64,000 nucleotides of DNA. Origin: Cirrosporium novae-zelandiae. Its lineage: Eukaryota. The translations under genes and the position numbers were made by a program. The first letter of the stretch is position 1, and every line of letters starts with the position of its first letter. Location: the NCBI GenBank assembly GCA_026023565.1, contig JAPETS010000017.1, positions 372,001 through 436,000 of the forward strand, given 5' to 3'. A model generated the notes under the pieces. That model did no database searches. It had not been told where the DNA came from and worked only from the letters and a program-made list of their open reading frames with translations. Of this stretch, positions 12,108 to 23,921 are shown piece by piece.

Positions 12108-13555
12108 ATGCTTGATCCGCTGTATCATCTACTCGAGGAGGTATATGGGGTCTCGAAAAATGGATTCCTTCCGGCTCACCAACCCCTAAAATGCCTTCCG
12201 GATCGGTACTATCAGCCTTGGGAAGCCATAGTCGGCAGACTACCAGCCTTGCTACTTGTTGACGACAGATTGAGAGGAGAGGTTGACGATTTAGAGATAC
12301 TTATAACCTCGAGGCTGCATAGGGAAGAAGAATGGCAGAGAGCATATCTCTTACTTGGACTCCTGACCCATGCTTACATTTGGGGAGGAGAAAAGCCGGC
12401 AGAAGTCAGTAGTTAGGCCCTGGCTATATTAACTAAGGATTTTCTGAATCTGACCAGTGCTTTAAAAAAAGAAATTGCCGCCGTCGATAACCGTTCCGTT
12501 CTTGGAAGTTTCAGCTTATCTAGGTCTTCCGCCAACGGCGACGTACGCGGCTCTGAGCCTGTGGAACTTCCAAAGCCTCTCGTCTGATGATATTGACCTC
12601 ACCAAGCCAGAAAACTTGGGTATCCTGCATACCTTTACAGGATCACCAGACGAAGCATGGTTTTATATAATTTCGGTGGCCATAGAAGCCCGCGGTGCGC
12701 CAGCTATTCCTCTGATGCTCAAGGCGATCGACGCCGCTCGAGAAGATAAGACCGCAGTAGTCGTAGAGAGCCTGAATATGGTCACCACCTGCATTAGGGA
12801 CCTTGAAGTGCTGCTTGAGAGGATGCACGAAAACTGTGACCCGCATGTATTCTACTATCACATCAGACCATATTTGGCTGGAACAAAGAACATGGCAGCT
12901 GCTGGGTTACCTGCTGGGGTATTCTATGATGAAGGTTTTGGAAAGGGCCGGTATAGGCAATACAGCGGTGGAAGCAACGCGCAGAGTTCTTTGATACAGC
13001 TTTTCGATATCTTTCTTGGAGTGGAGCATCGTTTCACCGGAACCAAAGCTTTAGGAAAGGAGTCGAAGAACAAGGAGCATGCATTTATCAAGGCAAGAAA
13101 CAAGCTGAGATTTCGGAAATATGCTGTATATATCAAAGACTGGTTGCTGATTTAAAACACAGGAAATGCGGGATTACATGCCTGGCAAACACAGAAACTT
13201 CCTGCAATATGTTACCTCTGTCGCAAACATCCGCAGCTATATAGAGAGCCGTCCATCAAACCGCGATCTTAAAGAGGCATACAACGCAACGGTAGAAATG
13301 CTTGGCACGTTCAGAAATCAGCACATCCAGATTGTTACACGATACATAATTCTCCCTTCGAGGAAATCTTTGGAAGAGCAGTCGCGTCGTCAGAATATTG
13401 CAAGTGCTTCATCTCGGAAAAAACTATTATCGAAAGAGAGCGAAGAGCCACCATCACAGGATTTGCATGGAACAGGAGGAACAATGTTGATTCCTTTTTT
13501 GAAACAGACGAGGAATGAGACAAAAGATGCAAAGGTAATTCTCAGGCGAGACTAA
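12108..13555 (+). CDS. BNA2: Indoleamine 2,3-dioxygenase
   Basis: Exons 12108-12404, 12472-13092, 13163-13555; motifs NGFLP, LGLPP.ATYA, TFTG..DEAWFY, GGSNAQSSLIQ, EMRDYMP..HR, HIQIVTRYI, GTGGT.LIPFLKQ.R. Confidence 0.95.
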
Positions 13556-13898
13556 GCCATGTCTCTCTAATAAATTAATATCCAATTGTGACTGAGCGGT
13601 ATTTTCGTCCCATAATGCGGTTGAATGGGTCAAAGCTTTAGTAGTGATGCTGGCGTTTCTTGACTTGGAGATCTTTTATGCCTCTTGTTTTCCTAGTCGA
13701 CTATTTCGATAGATGCGGTTTGGTAGATAATGAACAAAGTTCGCTATTATATGATCAATAAGTTTAAAGTGCTATGCCCATATAGAATGTTAATCTACCA
13801 GTCATGGTGAAGCTAGGAGTTAGTAATAGAAATCTAGGGGTTACCAAAATTCTCGTAGGGACCAAATCCAATAGAATTTAGTATATTGAGCAATTGTG

Positions 13899-14915
13899 TC
13901 ACTTCTTCAATTTCTTCACTGCTAGAGCAATCGTCGAAGCTATTTGCTTTCCATTCTCCCACAACTCGTCATGGGCACCTTCTAGGTCTGTCACGCTGAT
14001 GACTTCTAGGGTTGGTTGTTTGGGAGGCAGGTTTTCTAGTCGCGTACGCATCATTTTTATTTGCGCCGGCTCAATAAGCCCATCTGAGACCGAGTGAGCT
14101 ATAATTACTAGCTCACCCGATGGCCATGTCTTATCGAAGGAAGTGTGCCTCGCTGGGGATACGTGATCCCAATCTTCTTCGTCAACACCGAAAGCGCCGA
14201 CTATGAATTCGTGGTAGACCGACGCATCTGCATAGTTATCTCGGAGAACTCTGATGTCATAGATCCCCGATATGCCAACAATCGCTTTGGGCATCGCAAT
14301 CATAGACCTGGTCGGGAGGCAAAGTTCCCTCTCTTCAGATTTATCAGGTTCCTTTTCTTGAAGAATTAGGTCTCCCATGGCTATCTGGAATGCCAATGTA
14401 GCCCCACAAGAATGCCCAACCAAGATGTAATTGTTTTGGAATTCATATGTGTCCTGCAAAAATGCTATAGCAGCATGTACGTCATGTACGTGATCTGGGT
14501 GACGAGCATTGCGGAGGTTGAAAGAGGTTGTTGAATGGCCATGTTGAGGGAAATCTGGATGTTCCGACAAGCGGTAGTCCAATGATGCAACAGCGGCAAT
14601 ATCAGTAAGGACGTCTCCACTATGGGAAGTAAGCAAATGGTTGAGGGTTGGCGCAAAAGAAGTGCTTGTAATTAAAGGATCGCGCCAGGCTCCGCCGTGG
14701 ATATAACTTTGCTCAAATATGTCAGCGAGAGTGAAAATGGGGAGGGAGGAGAAGGCAATTTGGCTATACATTATCCAGAACTTGGATGTGGGTTTGTCCG
14801 AAGATGGGGGGTGAATGAACCAGAGCGATAATTTCTGGAGTTCGTGATCGGTGCCATAACGGTGTTCAACGTGTTTGGGATATTCTGATCCAGGAGGCAG
14901 TGAAGTAGTAGCCAT
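13899..14915 (-). CDS. BNA7: Kynurenine formamidase (alpha/beta hydrolase)
   Basis: YIHGGAWRDP, DYRLS, HPDH..DV, GHSCGATL nucleophile elbow, GIYD, HDE.W; one in-frame intron near 14710-14770. Confidence 0.9.
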   Translation of the reverse strand: MATTSLPPGSEYPKHVEHRYGTDHELQKLSLWFIHPPSSDKPTSKFWIMYSQIAFSSLPIFTLADIFEQSYIHGGAWRDPLITSTSFAPTLNHLLTSHSGDVLTDIAAVASLDYRLSEHPDFPQHGHSTTSFNLRNARHPDHVHDVHAAIAFLQDTYEFQNNYILVGHSCGATLAFQIAMGDLILQEKEPDKSEERELCLPTRSMIAMPKAIVGISGIYDIRVLRDNYADASVYHEFIVGAFGVDEEDWDHVSPARHTSFDKTWPSGELVIIAHSVSDGLIEPAQIKMMRTRLENLPPKQPTLEVISVTDLEGAHDELWENGKQIASTIALAVKKLKK

Positions 14916-15430
14916 AGCAGAGTAGAGTTGAGGGGAGACCAAAATTACACTATTCAAATTGCAAACTCGTTCTTTGTCGATATCATGACCTAATAGCGGA
15001 CCATTAAGGTAAACTGATGGCGTCTTTAGAAGGCCTACAACAATTAATTAATTACAGTGCTGCTACCACAGTATTCGGCCCATGTATGATATCCATGTTC
15101 GGTAAGTTCTCGTCTCTGATAAGATCTCTCGTTCCCCTTCCAAACTTCAACCTCTACACCCTACTAGTAGTTCTCACACCTTCTCACTTTCTAGTTCTTA
15201 ACCGTGTTATCTATCATGGTTGGAAAAGAGGTTGACGTTGCAATTGTTGGTGGTGAAATAACAGGTGTTACCTTTTCGCGTATTGAATGACTGGGGGTAT
15301 CGGCTTACCACTTGTATTGACTTATCGCCCTGCTTACCGTTTCTTCGTCTTTGAATTTCCTTCCATCCAAATTCAATGGTTTCCAATTCATATATATTGC
15401 TACTTATCTCACATATGCAGATGCCATCAG

Positions 15431-17853
15431 ATGCCACCCGAAGAAACTGGAGGAAGGTCGTATGTTAGGCGTCGCGTTGCCGCCGCATGCAGTTCCTGTA
15501 AAGCCCGCAAAGTCAAATGCGATGGCCAGCTACCATGTGCATATTGCAAAAGGCGCATGCGCCCAGATTCCTGCAAATATTTGCCCCATCATCGCCGAGG
15601 TTTTCCATATACGTCGCCAACCTCATCTATTGAGTCCTTGCATCCGTCCAATTCAACTGGCCCTGATATCCTCATAGCTGCTCCGATTGACCCTCCTGGA
15701 GCTAATGGTGATTCCAAAGCCGAGGAGGAGACTATTGTTCCTAGAGAAGGCCGACTATTATGTGATGGCCAGGGAAAACTCAGCGTTTTCATAGGTGATT
15801 CTGCCCCACTGTCATTTTTGCAGACGGTTCGGCAATTGATTACCACTCGAATTGGACAGACGGTCCTCACGAACAATACACCTCGTGATTATATGATTGA
15901 GCATATACCAGCAAAGCAGGCATCAATTCCAAAGCCCAATGACCTCATTGTGACTCCGGAAAGGGCAGAGCCTATGATATTATCTTACTTGTCAGCAGTA
16001 AGTTGCATAGAACCGGTAAACCCTTTTCAAAATACTAATAAATATTTTATCTAGACGAGTGGAATGCTGGATGTTTTCAATTCTACAGACCTAATTGATA
16101 GTATTCTTGCATGGTCATCGGTAGAAAACCAAAAGACCGAGAACCTTACATCTGCTGTTAATTACCTTGTTCTTGCCATTGGTTGTCAAGCTAAAGACGA
16201 ATACCAAGCTGAAATTTTCTTTAATCATGCTCGAGACATTGCTCTTAGAGGTCTTGGTGAAAACCTAAGCATCTCTACTGTCCAGGCCTTCGCCCTTGTT
16301 ACCATGTACATGCTTGCCGCTTGCGAGGGAAATGGAGCCTTTATTTACTTTGGTGAGTAGCATGTTTAGGTTGTAGCTAGAGAGATTGTATGTTTGGCTC
16401 ATTGGTTTGATAGCACTGGCGGTAAGAGCTGCGTACTCTATCGGTATTCACAGAACTGAAATAAATGCTGTTTTCGGTCCTTCGACGCACAAATTAAGGT
16501 ATTTAGGCCAATATCATTCCTTATATCCGGAAATTTTGTTTTCTAACTCTGAATCTTGAAATGACATAGAGATCGTCTTTGGAAAAGCCTCCGTATACTA
16601 GACATATTTCTCAGCTCATCTTTAGGCAGGCCACCGGCAACTTCCGATATTGACTGCACTGTGCTATACAAAACAATGAACAAGGCAGAGGAGAAAACGT
16701 CCATTTTGGATGCTTCTGTGCAAATATTTCTAATCATTGAGCGTGTTATAGTTGAAATTTATTCGAGAAAGCAGATATCTCTACAGTTGGCCGAAAGTAT
16801 ATCCCACCATCTTCGGGATTGGGCAACAAATTGGTTGCAACGACTTAGAAACAGCGTAAAAGTTTGTCCTAGCAGCCCAGAAAGACCGAACCAGGGCGAA
16901 GTTATTGGAGCCTGTCAGGCCTTGTGCTCATACTACTACGCAATAATGCTTTTAACAAGGCCATTCCTGTTGTATGAACTAAATAGACGATTATCAACTT
17001 CGGCAATGTCAACGGGTATCCAAGGCTCCTCGGGCCAACCGAACGGAGACACCGAAAAAGCCAAATTTGCGGATGCCTGCATCGACTCCGCTACTCTCTT
17101 GGTGGATTTGGTTCAAGATCTGATAGAAAGAAGGATGCTACCATGGAGGATGCCGTTGGTTGTGTAAGTTTCGGCTAGCCTTTTTTTGGTTGTTGTTTTA
17201 TATAGCATTGTATCTGAGGTAGTACTAATATCACTAGATCCTGGCTTTTTACCACATCCCTCGTTTTAGGGCTTGCTCTCCTGGGGGATTTTGGCCGTAT
17301 TTTTGAGAAATATGCGGGTGCTTCCATTCATTCTCTTGAATATTTCGCTAAAAGAGACCCACACGCTCTTCAATACTCTTCGATCGCCAAATCTTTAGTA
17401 GCAACCGCCCTAGAACATTTAGAGAAGAAGGAACTTCAAGAGCGTCACCAGAGGATTGAGAGTACTTCGCAACTTTTTGGCCTCATCCATGGACAAGGAG
17501 AAGAACAGCCAGTACGTCTAGCTCCCAAGCAGCTAGAGCCGGATTTTGCGAATGGGGGCAATGAGCAAAATGGGGTCTCAAATACCAGGCGAGGAATTAT
17601 AGAGGCTGGTGTTCCAAACAATAGTCAAGGAAGTTTACAATCGATCCCAGATGTTATACCACCTGACTGGACGGGTCTGGATATGAGCAATCCGGCAGAC
17701 TACCTGACTTTATCGGGAGGTCTAAGCCATCATACCGAGTTTTCGGACGATGTAAATCTCGGCGATGGGCAGCATGATTTGTTCGGAGAGCTGTCTCTTT
17801 TTCCAGTATTTGAAGCGAGTGAGACATTTGATTTTGGTCATACTATCACGTGA
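15431..17853 (+). CDS. Zn(II)2Cys6 transcription factor with fungal_trans middle domain
   Basis: ACSSCKARKVKCDGQLPCAYCKRR...C; exons 15431-15997, 16055-16352, 16414-16498, 16570-17163, 17238-17853 splice in frame; AVRAAYSIGIH, RDRLWKSL, LLTRPFL motifs. Confidence 0.92.
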
Positions 17854-17961
17854 ATGCCATGGTTGTCGTTAAAGCAACCACATTTTAAGCGAATTTTGCT
17901 TCACAAAATGATGTCATGTCAATTGGCAAAGGCAATACACACGATGACGACATAGCCGCCG

Positions 17962-18060
17962 CAGGTGACGACCAACTTGCATAGTCTATCCCGAGTCTGT
18001 CACGCTATTCAGCTAATTAACTCAGTTGTTCTTTTGTATTTGTTCGGGAATTCATGTTAT
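17962..18060 (+). repeat. 99-bp direct repeat, copy 1 (matches endosulfine last codons and 3' UTR)
   Basis: Ungapped match to 18609-18707 with 9 mismatches by manual count. Confidence 0.95.
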
Positions 18061-18134
18061 GCTAGACACAGTGCATTCGCAACCATAACGTTAACCAGCC
18101 ATCAGATTGGATACCGCGATTCATAATTACTGAA

Positions 18135-18631
18135 ATGGAGCCTCACCCACACGACAGTGTCGACACTAATGTATGTCTATGCGTCTAGGGAGTTTTGTAA
18201 TAAAATGGTGCTTATACTCTGATTAAGCCTGTTACTGAACAGGAAAAACGGTTCTTCCACCTCTATGGAAAGAAGCCCAAAGGCTTACTTCAAAACCAAC
18301 TAAAGGTGCTCTCGTCTTCTTCGATCTATAATAACGAACTAATAAATATTCACAGGGAGGGGCACGGAAATATTTCGATTCCGGTGACTTTGCTCTTACC
18401 AGAGCCCATAAGAGTACTGATGTTGGTGCCATCGAGACTGGGAAAGAGCATCCTCTTGCTAAGAACATCTCTCACCCGTTTTCTCCTATACCTAGCGGCA
18501 GCAATGTCAACAAAGCCACAGATGGACAATCTCAAGTTAAAGAGGATACGGCTGCTGTGAAAGGGATCCATCTTCTCCATGGGACGAATCTAAACAATGA
18601 AGTGGCCTCAGGTGGTAACCAACTTGCATAG
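18135..18631 (+). CDS. IGO1: Endosulfine / cAMP-regulated phosphoprotein (Igo1/ENSA/ARPP-19 family), 129 aa
   Basis: Exons 18135-18170, 18228-18305, 18356-18631 (phase 0); MEPHPHDSVDTN|PVTEQEKRFFHLYGKKPKGLLQNQLK|GGARKYFDSGDFALTRAH...GKEHP; family signature RKYFDSGDFAL. Not in the ORF track. Confidence 0.9.
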
Positions 18632-18707
18632 TCTATCTCGAGTCTGTCACGCTATTTAGCTAATTAACTCAGTTCTGCTTTTGTGTTTGTTCGGGAATTT
18701 ATGTTAT
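18609..18707 (+). repeat. 99-bp direct repeat, copy 2
   Basis: Matches 17962-18060; contains the endosulfine stop codon. Confidence 0.95.
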
Positions 18708-19098
18708 ATTTCATAAAGACACGTGCTCTTTCGGCGCCCGAACCAACTTAAATTGTATAAAAGCAATTCTTAGACTTAGATCCTCTACATCTTTACAACT
18801 TCACTTCTTTGTTCTTAACATTTGGTAGCATGTCCTTGGAAAAGTAAAGTCCACCACCATTTCAAACCATCCAACCATCCCCACCACTATCCATCATAGC
18901 GAGGTTTTCCCCTGGTTATTTCATCTATCTCATCTGCAAGAAGTGGTTTCACCTTGCTCGTCACCTTATTGCATGCATATGCATGTGAATGTGACTCATC
19001 CACTCCACATTTCCCATCATTATTACTATACTCGCGCAAAAGGCGAGCCATAAACGAGGCAGTGAACCCTCTAACATCAAATATCAAGCTTCAACATC

Positions 19099-19476
19099 AT
19101 GTCTGAACAATCCATTGCTTGGCCTATTGCCGATCAGGCCGTCGCCCAAACCTTCCTCAATCTTGTTCAACGAGCCTCTCATTACCGCCAGCTTAAGAAA
19201 GGCGCGAACGAAGTTACCAAAACCTTGAATCACCGTACCTCGGAAATAATCATTCTTGCTGCTGATACATCTCCTTTAGCCATTATCCTCCCTCTCTCCT
19301 TAGCCGCGGAAGATAAAAATATATCCTACGTTTATGTTCCAAGCAAGATGGCTTTAGGAAGAGCATGTGGAATTAGTCGACCAGTTATAGCGGCAAGTAT
19401 CACGACAAATGAAGGTAGCGAGTTGAAAAGCCAAATTCAAGCTCTGAAGAATACGGTGAAGGAACTGATGATTTAA
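19099..19476 (+). CDS. SNU13: Snu13/15.5K (L7Ae family K-turn RNA-binding protein), divergent copy
   Basis: AWP.AD, YRQLKKGANE, AADT.PLAI, EDKN..YVYVPSK.ALGRACG.SRPVIAAS; possible upstream mini-exon 18830-18843 with intron 18844-19088 in frame. Confidence 0.9.
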   Translation: MSEQSIAWPIADQAVAQTFLNLVQRASHYRQLKKGANEVTKTLNHRTSEIIILAADTSPLAIILPLSLAAEDKNISYVYVPSKMALGRACGISRPVIAASITTNEGSELKSQIQALKNTVKELMI

Positions 19477-19953
19477 GCTGTTTTCAAAACCTAACAAGTA
19501 GAGCTTGTAGTGTTTTTGGTGAGCAGGAATAAAGGGGTGAACGGTGATTTTGGAGACAATGATTTCGAAGTTCAATACACATAGCAACTTTGGGATTTGT
19601 CTTTGACTCTAATTTGTAATGTTATGAATATCAAATTTGCATTTTACAGAATGAGAGAGCAGTGAAACCAAACAATTGATGATGATAGTTGAATCCTTGC
19701 CAGTGGCGTTTTTATATTTTGCAATGCTCCAAAATGCTAGATAATGGCTCCGGCCCTACCCCGCCCCCCAATATTATTGATAATATACACGCCCCGGCTC
19801 TTAATTATTGATAACGCCGGGATGGCTTTCCGATTCGGACTCCCTTACTAATGTCGACATTGCGACAGAACATGGGTTGCTTTTTCTGTTCCATCTATAT
19901 ATACAATAGGCTCAACCCACGTTAATTGTCTAAGACATTTGCCAACACCGAAA

Positions 19954-21360
19954 ATGACAAGCATATTTCTGTAAGTGCTGTGAAAAAATATTCCTTCTTC
20001 CGCTGGCGTAAGACTAATTTTTTTATGTATTCTTTAGCACAGGAGCCACGGGATACATTGGAGGATCCGTCCTCCAGACTCTAACAACCGTTCACCCCGA
20101 ATACAACATCTCGGTTCTAGTGCGTAATGCGGAGAAAGCAACTCAGATTTCGAACCTGTTCCCTCGAGTGCGGATAGTAACAGGAGACTTGGATGGTCTT
20201 GATTTAATTGAGAAGGAGGTCCAAGAGGCAGATGTCACGATTCGTATGTCTAGATGAGAAAAATATTTATTTACTGTTGTTCCTGTCCCCTTGAGACATA
20301 GGACTGTGCTAACATGTACGATGTGGGATCGTTTACGGTTAGATGTCGCAAGTTCCTCCCATCGGCCCAGCATTGAAGCCATCGCACGCGGTCTCCAGAA
20401 GAGAGCAGCAACCAACAAATCAAACCCAGGTAAGCCAGCCTCTCCATCATCCTCATCCTCATCCCCCGTTTCACATCCACAAAATCCCACTCGTCGCACG
20501 CTCAAAAATCCCAGGCTTCTGGCTCCAGATCTCGGGTGCAAGTATTCTGTCCTACCCAGACATTTCATCAAATAGCTATGGCGAAGCCTCTTCACACATA
20601 TACGACGACCTCACCGGCCTATCCGAAGTTACATCTCTCCCAGACACGTACCTACATCGGCTGAACCAGAAATTTGTTCTTGATGCTTCATCCCCAGCGC
20701 CCTCTCTCATTAAGACCGCATTGATTGCCCCACCGATCATCTATGGCGCCGGCACCGGTATCCAGAAGCGGAGCGTCCAGATTCCGGAGCTAGCACGGGT
20801 GACGATCCAGGAAGGCCATGGAGTGCAGGTTGGGAAAGGATTGAGTGTGTGGCCCAACATCCACATCGAAGATGTAAGCCGTCTCTTTTTGCGGTTAGTC
20901 GAGGAAGCCGTCGTCTCCGGGTCCCCAGAAACGTACAAGGGGAATCAAGAAATATGGAATCAAGGTGGATATTATTTTGCCGAAAACGGCAACGAACTGG
21001 TACGTTTAAACTGAAAAAAAACCCCCCGATATCCCCCCTCCCCTTTCATTTCTTACAATTTTTTAAACGATCCCTCATCCCTCGTCTCACTTACTGTAGC
21101 CATGGACAAAAATCGCAACTATAATTGCAAACTCCGCACACGCGTCCAACCTAATCAAGGATCCCACGGCCATTGAATCCATCACCGCAGAGAGAGCCAA
21201 CGCGCTAACCCCACACGGAGCCCTTCTCTGGGGTACGAATGCTCGCGGGCGTGCATTGAGGGCTAAGGGGCTGCTTGGTTGGAAGCCAATTGGGAAGAGT
21301 TTGGAGGAGGAGATTCCAGAGACTGTGAAGGTGGAGGCGAGGGGATTGGGTTTGGTCTGA
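19954..21360 (+). CDS. NAD(P)-dependent epimerase/dehydratase (extended/atypical SDR)
   Basis: MTSIFL|TGATGYIGGSVL Rossmann motif, PPIIYG.GTG, RSVQIP, W.NIHIEDV, WGTNARGRA..A..LLGW.P; several introns. Confidence 0.88.
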
Positions 21361-22555
21361 TATGATTTTAACGTAAGAGTAACGGTAAAAGCAAAAGTGC
21401 TTGTTTGTTTGTTTGTTATTCGGTGAGACTTTACACGGATTATGGGGTTTTCGGGAAGGGATTTCGAGAGAGAGATGGTTCAAGACGTTGAGGAAGGAGG
21501 ACTTGATGGTTAATGAATGTAGTCAAGCGAGTAGGGTTTTTTTCTTTTTTGTACCAATGAAAAGTCCGGAAGGCTCTAGATATCCATCCACAATTACACT
21601 CCCCATTCCCTATAAGCACACTGGCGACTAGGATACATCCATCACACGAACTACCCATCCATCCATATATGCACACACACACCCAATACCTAACAACCCA
21701 ACCAACAGTAAATTCTCATAGTAACCAGTCAGTCCAGTCACCACATACGACATCCAATATGCAATATACTATACCTAATAATATAAATAAATAACCCCCC
21801 ATCAAAAAAAAAAGCCTAAAAGAGAGGGAAAAAATAAGAAAGGTCAAGTTTAATTACTGTAGCAAAAAATACTATCTAATTATACTCTATATTTATTTAA
21901 CATCATTTACATTTACATCATCAACCCCTAACCTAGCTATTTCATTAGTAGTTAATAAGTAACAATAATCAAGCACCCACTTTAAGAACCAGAAAGAAAA
22001 AAATTAACTGATTAATTAATTACAAACAAGGACTCCCTTTTGTCGTTTCTTCTAACCACAGTAAAGTAGATAAGTAACTAGATAACAAGATAACGAGATA
22101 CAGTAAGCGCAAAACAAACCCCCCGAGGTTGAAATAAATAAATAAACAAATATTAGATAATACCTTCTATACGTAAAATACACACAGATACGAAAAGACG
22201 AAAAACAAAAATTACCATCATGTCATCATAATCTATCCTAGTTACTCTAGTTTAGATACCAGATCTCTTTTCTCTTCGGTGCTTTTCCTTTTTCCCTTTT
22301 CCCTTTCGGTTCTTTTCCCTTCCTTTTCGGTTCTTTTTTTAAACCCGATCCCTACTTCTTTCAGTCAACTGAAAACCAGACAATTAGAGAAGGAAAAGAA
22401 AAATGAGAATACAGAGAGAGAGAGAGTACACAGACCTTACCTACTTACTTACTACCTATACCTGACCTGACCTGTATTTGTTGTATACATACATACTCAT
22501 TTTTTTGATATATATACATACCGAAATTAAAACGAACGAATAACCGAAACCGAGA

Positions 22556-23921
22556 ATGTCGTCGTCGTCTTCTCCCCCCTCTTTCATAATCCAATTCACG
22601 AATTTTGTGAATGATGCTGGTGAGCCCCATCCCTTCTCTCCAAACTCCCACCTTAACCTCCCCTTCCAAACAGCCGGACTAGAAAAAACCCTCCGCCTCC
22701 TCCAAGCAACCTCCCAATTAACCGCTAGCATCCTCTCTTCCCCCACCTTCTCCTCTTTCTTCTCTTCCTTCCTATACTCCTATATTTTCCAATCCCCATC
22801 CCCCACAGATCTAGATCTGATAGACATGCAAAAACACGTCACAACAGCCCTAACACTACGGAAACAATTCGCATTGGGTCGACGATATTTTCGATATTTT
22901 AAATGGATTAATTGTGCGGTTTTGGCTGGGGGGGAGTTGGGGAAGGATGGGGATAGGAAGGGTGGGGGTGGGGAAAGTGGGGATGATGGTGGGATTGGAG
23001 TTAAAGCTGTGCTAAAGGCAGCGAGATGGTCGTTTTTGGGAATGTATTTGTTGGTTGAGGGGTTTACTATTGTAAGTACAAATATGTGCTGCGCATAGCG
23101 TACACCTACCTACCCGAGGGCGTACATGTACGTGTACCTTATGGTGTGGGTGTTTTTGGTTCTCGTTCTTGTTTTGATTTTTTGACCTTCTTCTTTCTTT
23201 CTTTTTCCCCGAGTTGGGAATGGGGAAACCTCATTCGATTATTCCAATCCCATCCTATCCCTCCCATTCTTATTCCTCCCATTCATCATCACCCCTCCCA
23301 AAAAAAGAAACACCAAACTAACCACCATGTCCCCTCCCCTCCCCTGGGCGGTCCCCTAAAAAACAGTTCGATGCAATGGGACTTAAAAAATCATCTTGGG
23401 CACCCATGTATACGATTGAGGCGATGCGGTTTTGGTTCTATTCGCTTTGTTGTTCGATTTTGATTGGGGTTGGGGAGGTTTTGGATGGATGGGGGAGGAG
23501 GAGGGAGATGGAGAAGGGAATGGTGGGGGATGGGGAGAAGAAGGAGATGGAGATGGAGATGGAGATGGATGAGAAAGGGGAAAGAAATGATGACGAAGAT
23601 GAAGATGAAGACGATAACGACCATGCCGATACCGATGAAAAACAACCCCATATCCATCCCCACCACTACACGCACATCGAAACCTCACCCCCCCTCCAAA
23701 AACCCGCCCTCTCTCACCCTCACCTCCAGTCCCACCCCCCAAAACACCCTCAAAACCATCTAACCCCCCTCCACCGACAACTTCTAATAAGCATCTTTGA
23801 CCTTCCAATTCCCGGCTCAGTGGTGGGGTGGATTAATATCGGAGATGGCTTTGTGGCACTGAGTAGTATCACGAGTGCGGTTATTAGTGGGAGGGAGATT
23901 TGGAGGAGGGTTAATAGTTAA
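22556..23921 (+). CDS. Peroxisomal biogenesis factor Pex11-family protein
   Basis: F.ND|AAGLEKTLRLLQA, LRKQFALGRRYFRYFKW, EAMRFWFYSL, DLPIPGSVVGW, REIWRRV; introns after about 22619 and 23071. Confidence 0.75.

Noticed and set aside
17962..18707. Direct repeats as LTRs of a TRIM/retroelement
   Set aside because: No TG...CA termini, PBS, PPT or target-site duplication seen; the repeat overlaps a host stop codon
18844..19088. snoRNA or K-turn hosted in the candidate SNU13 first intron
   Set aside because: No RTGATGA box C with matching CTGA box D found
19099..19476. SNU13 copy as a retrocopy
   Set aside because: No poly(A) or TSD remnant; a branch point and acceptor just before the ATG suggest a 5' intron
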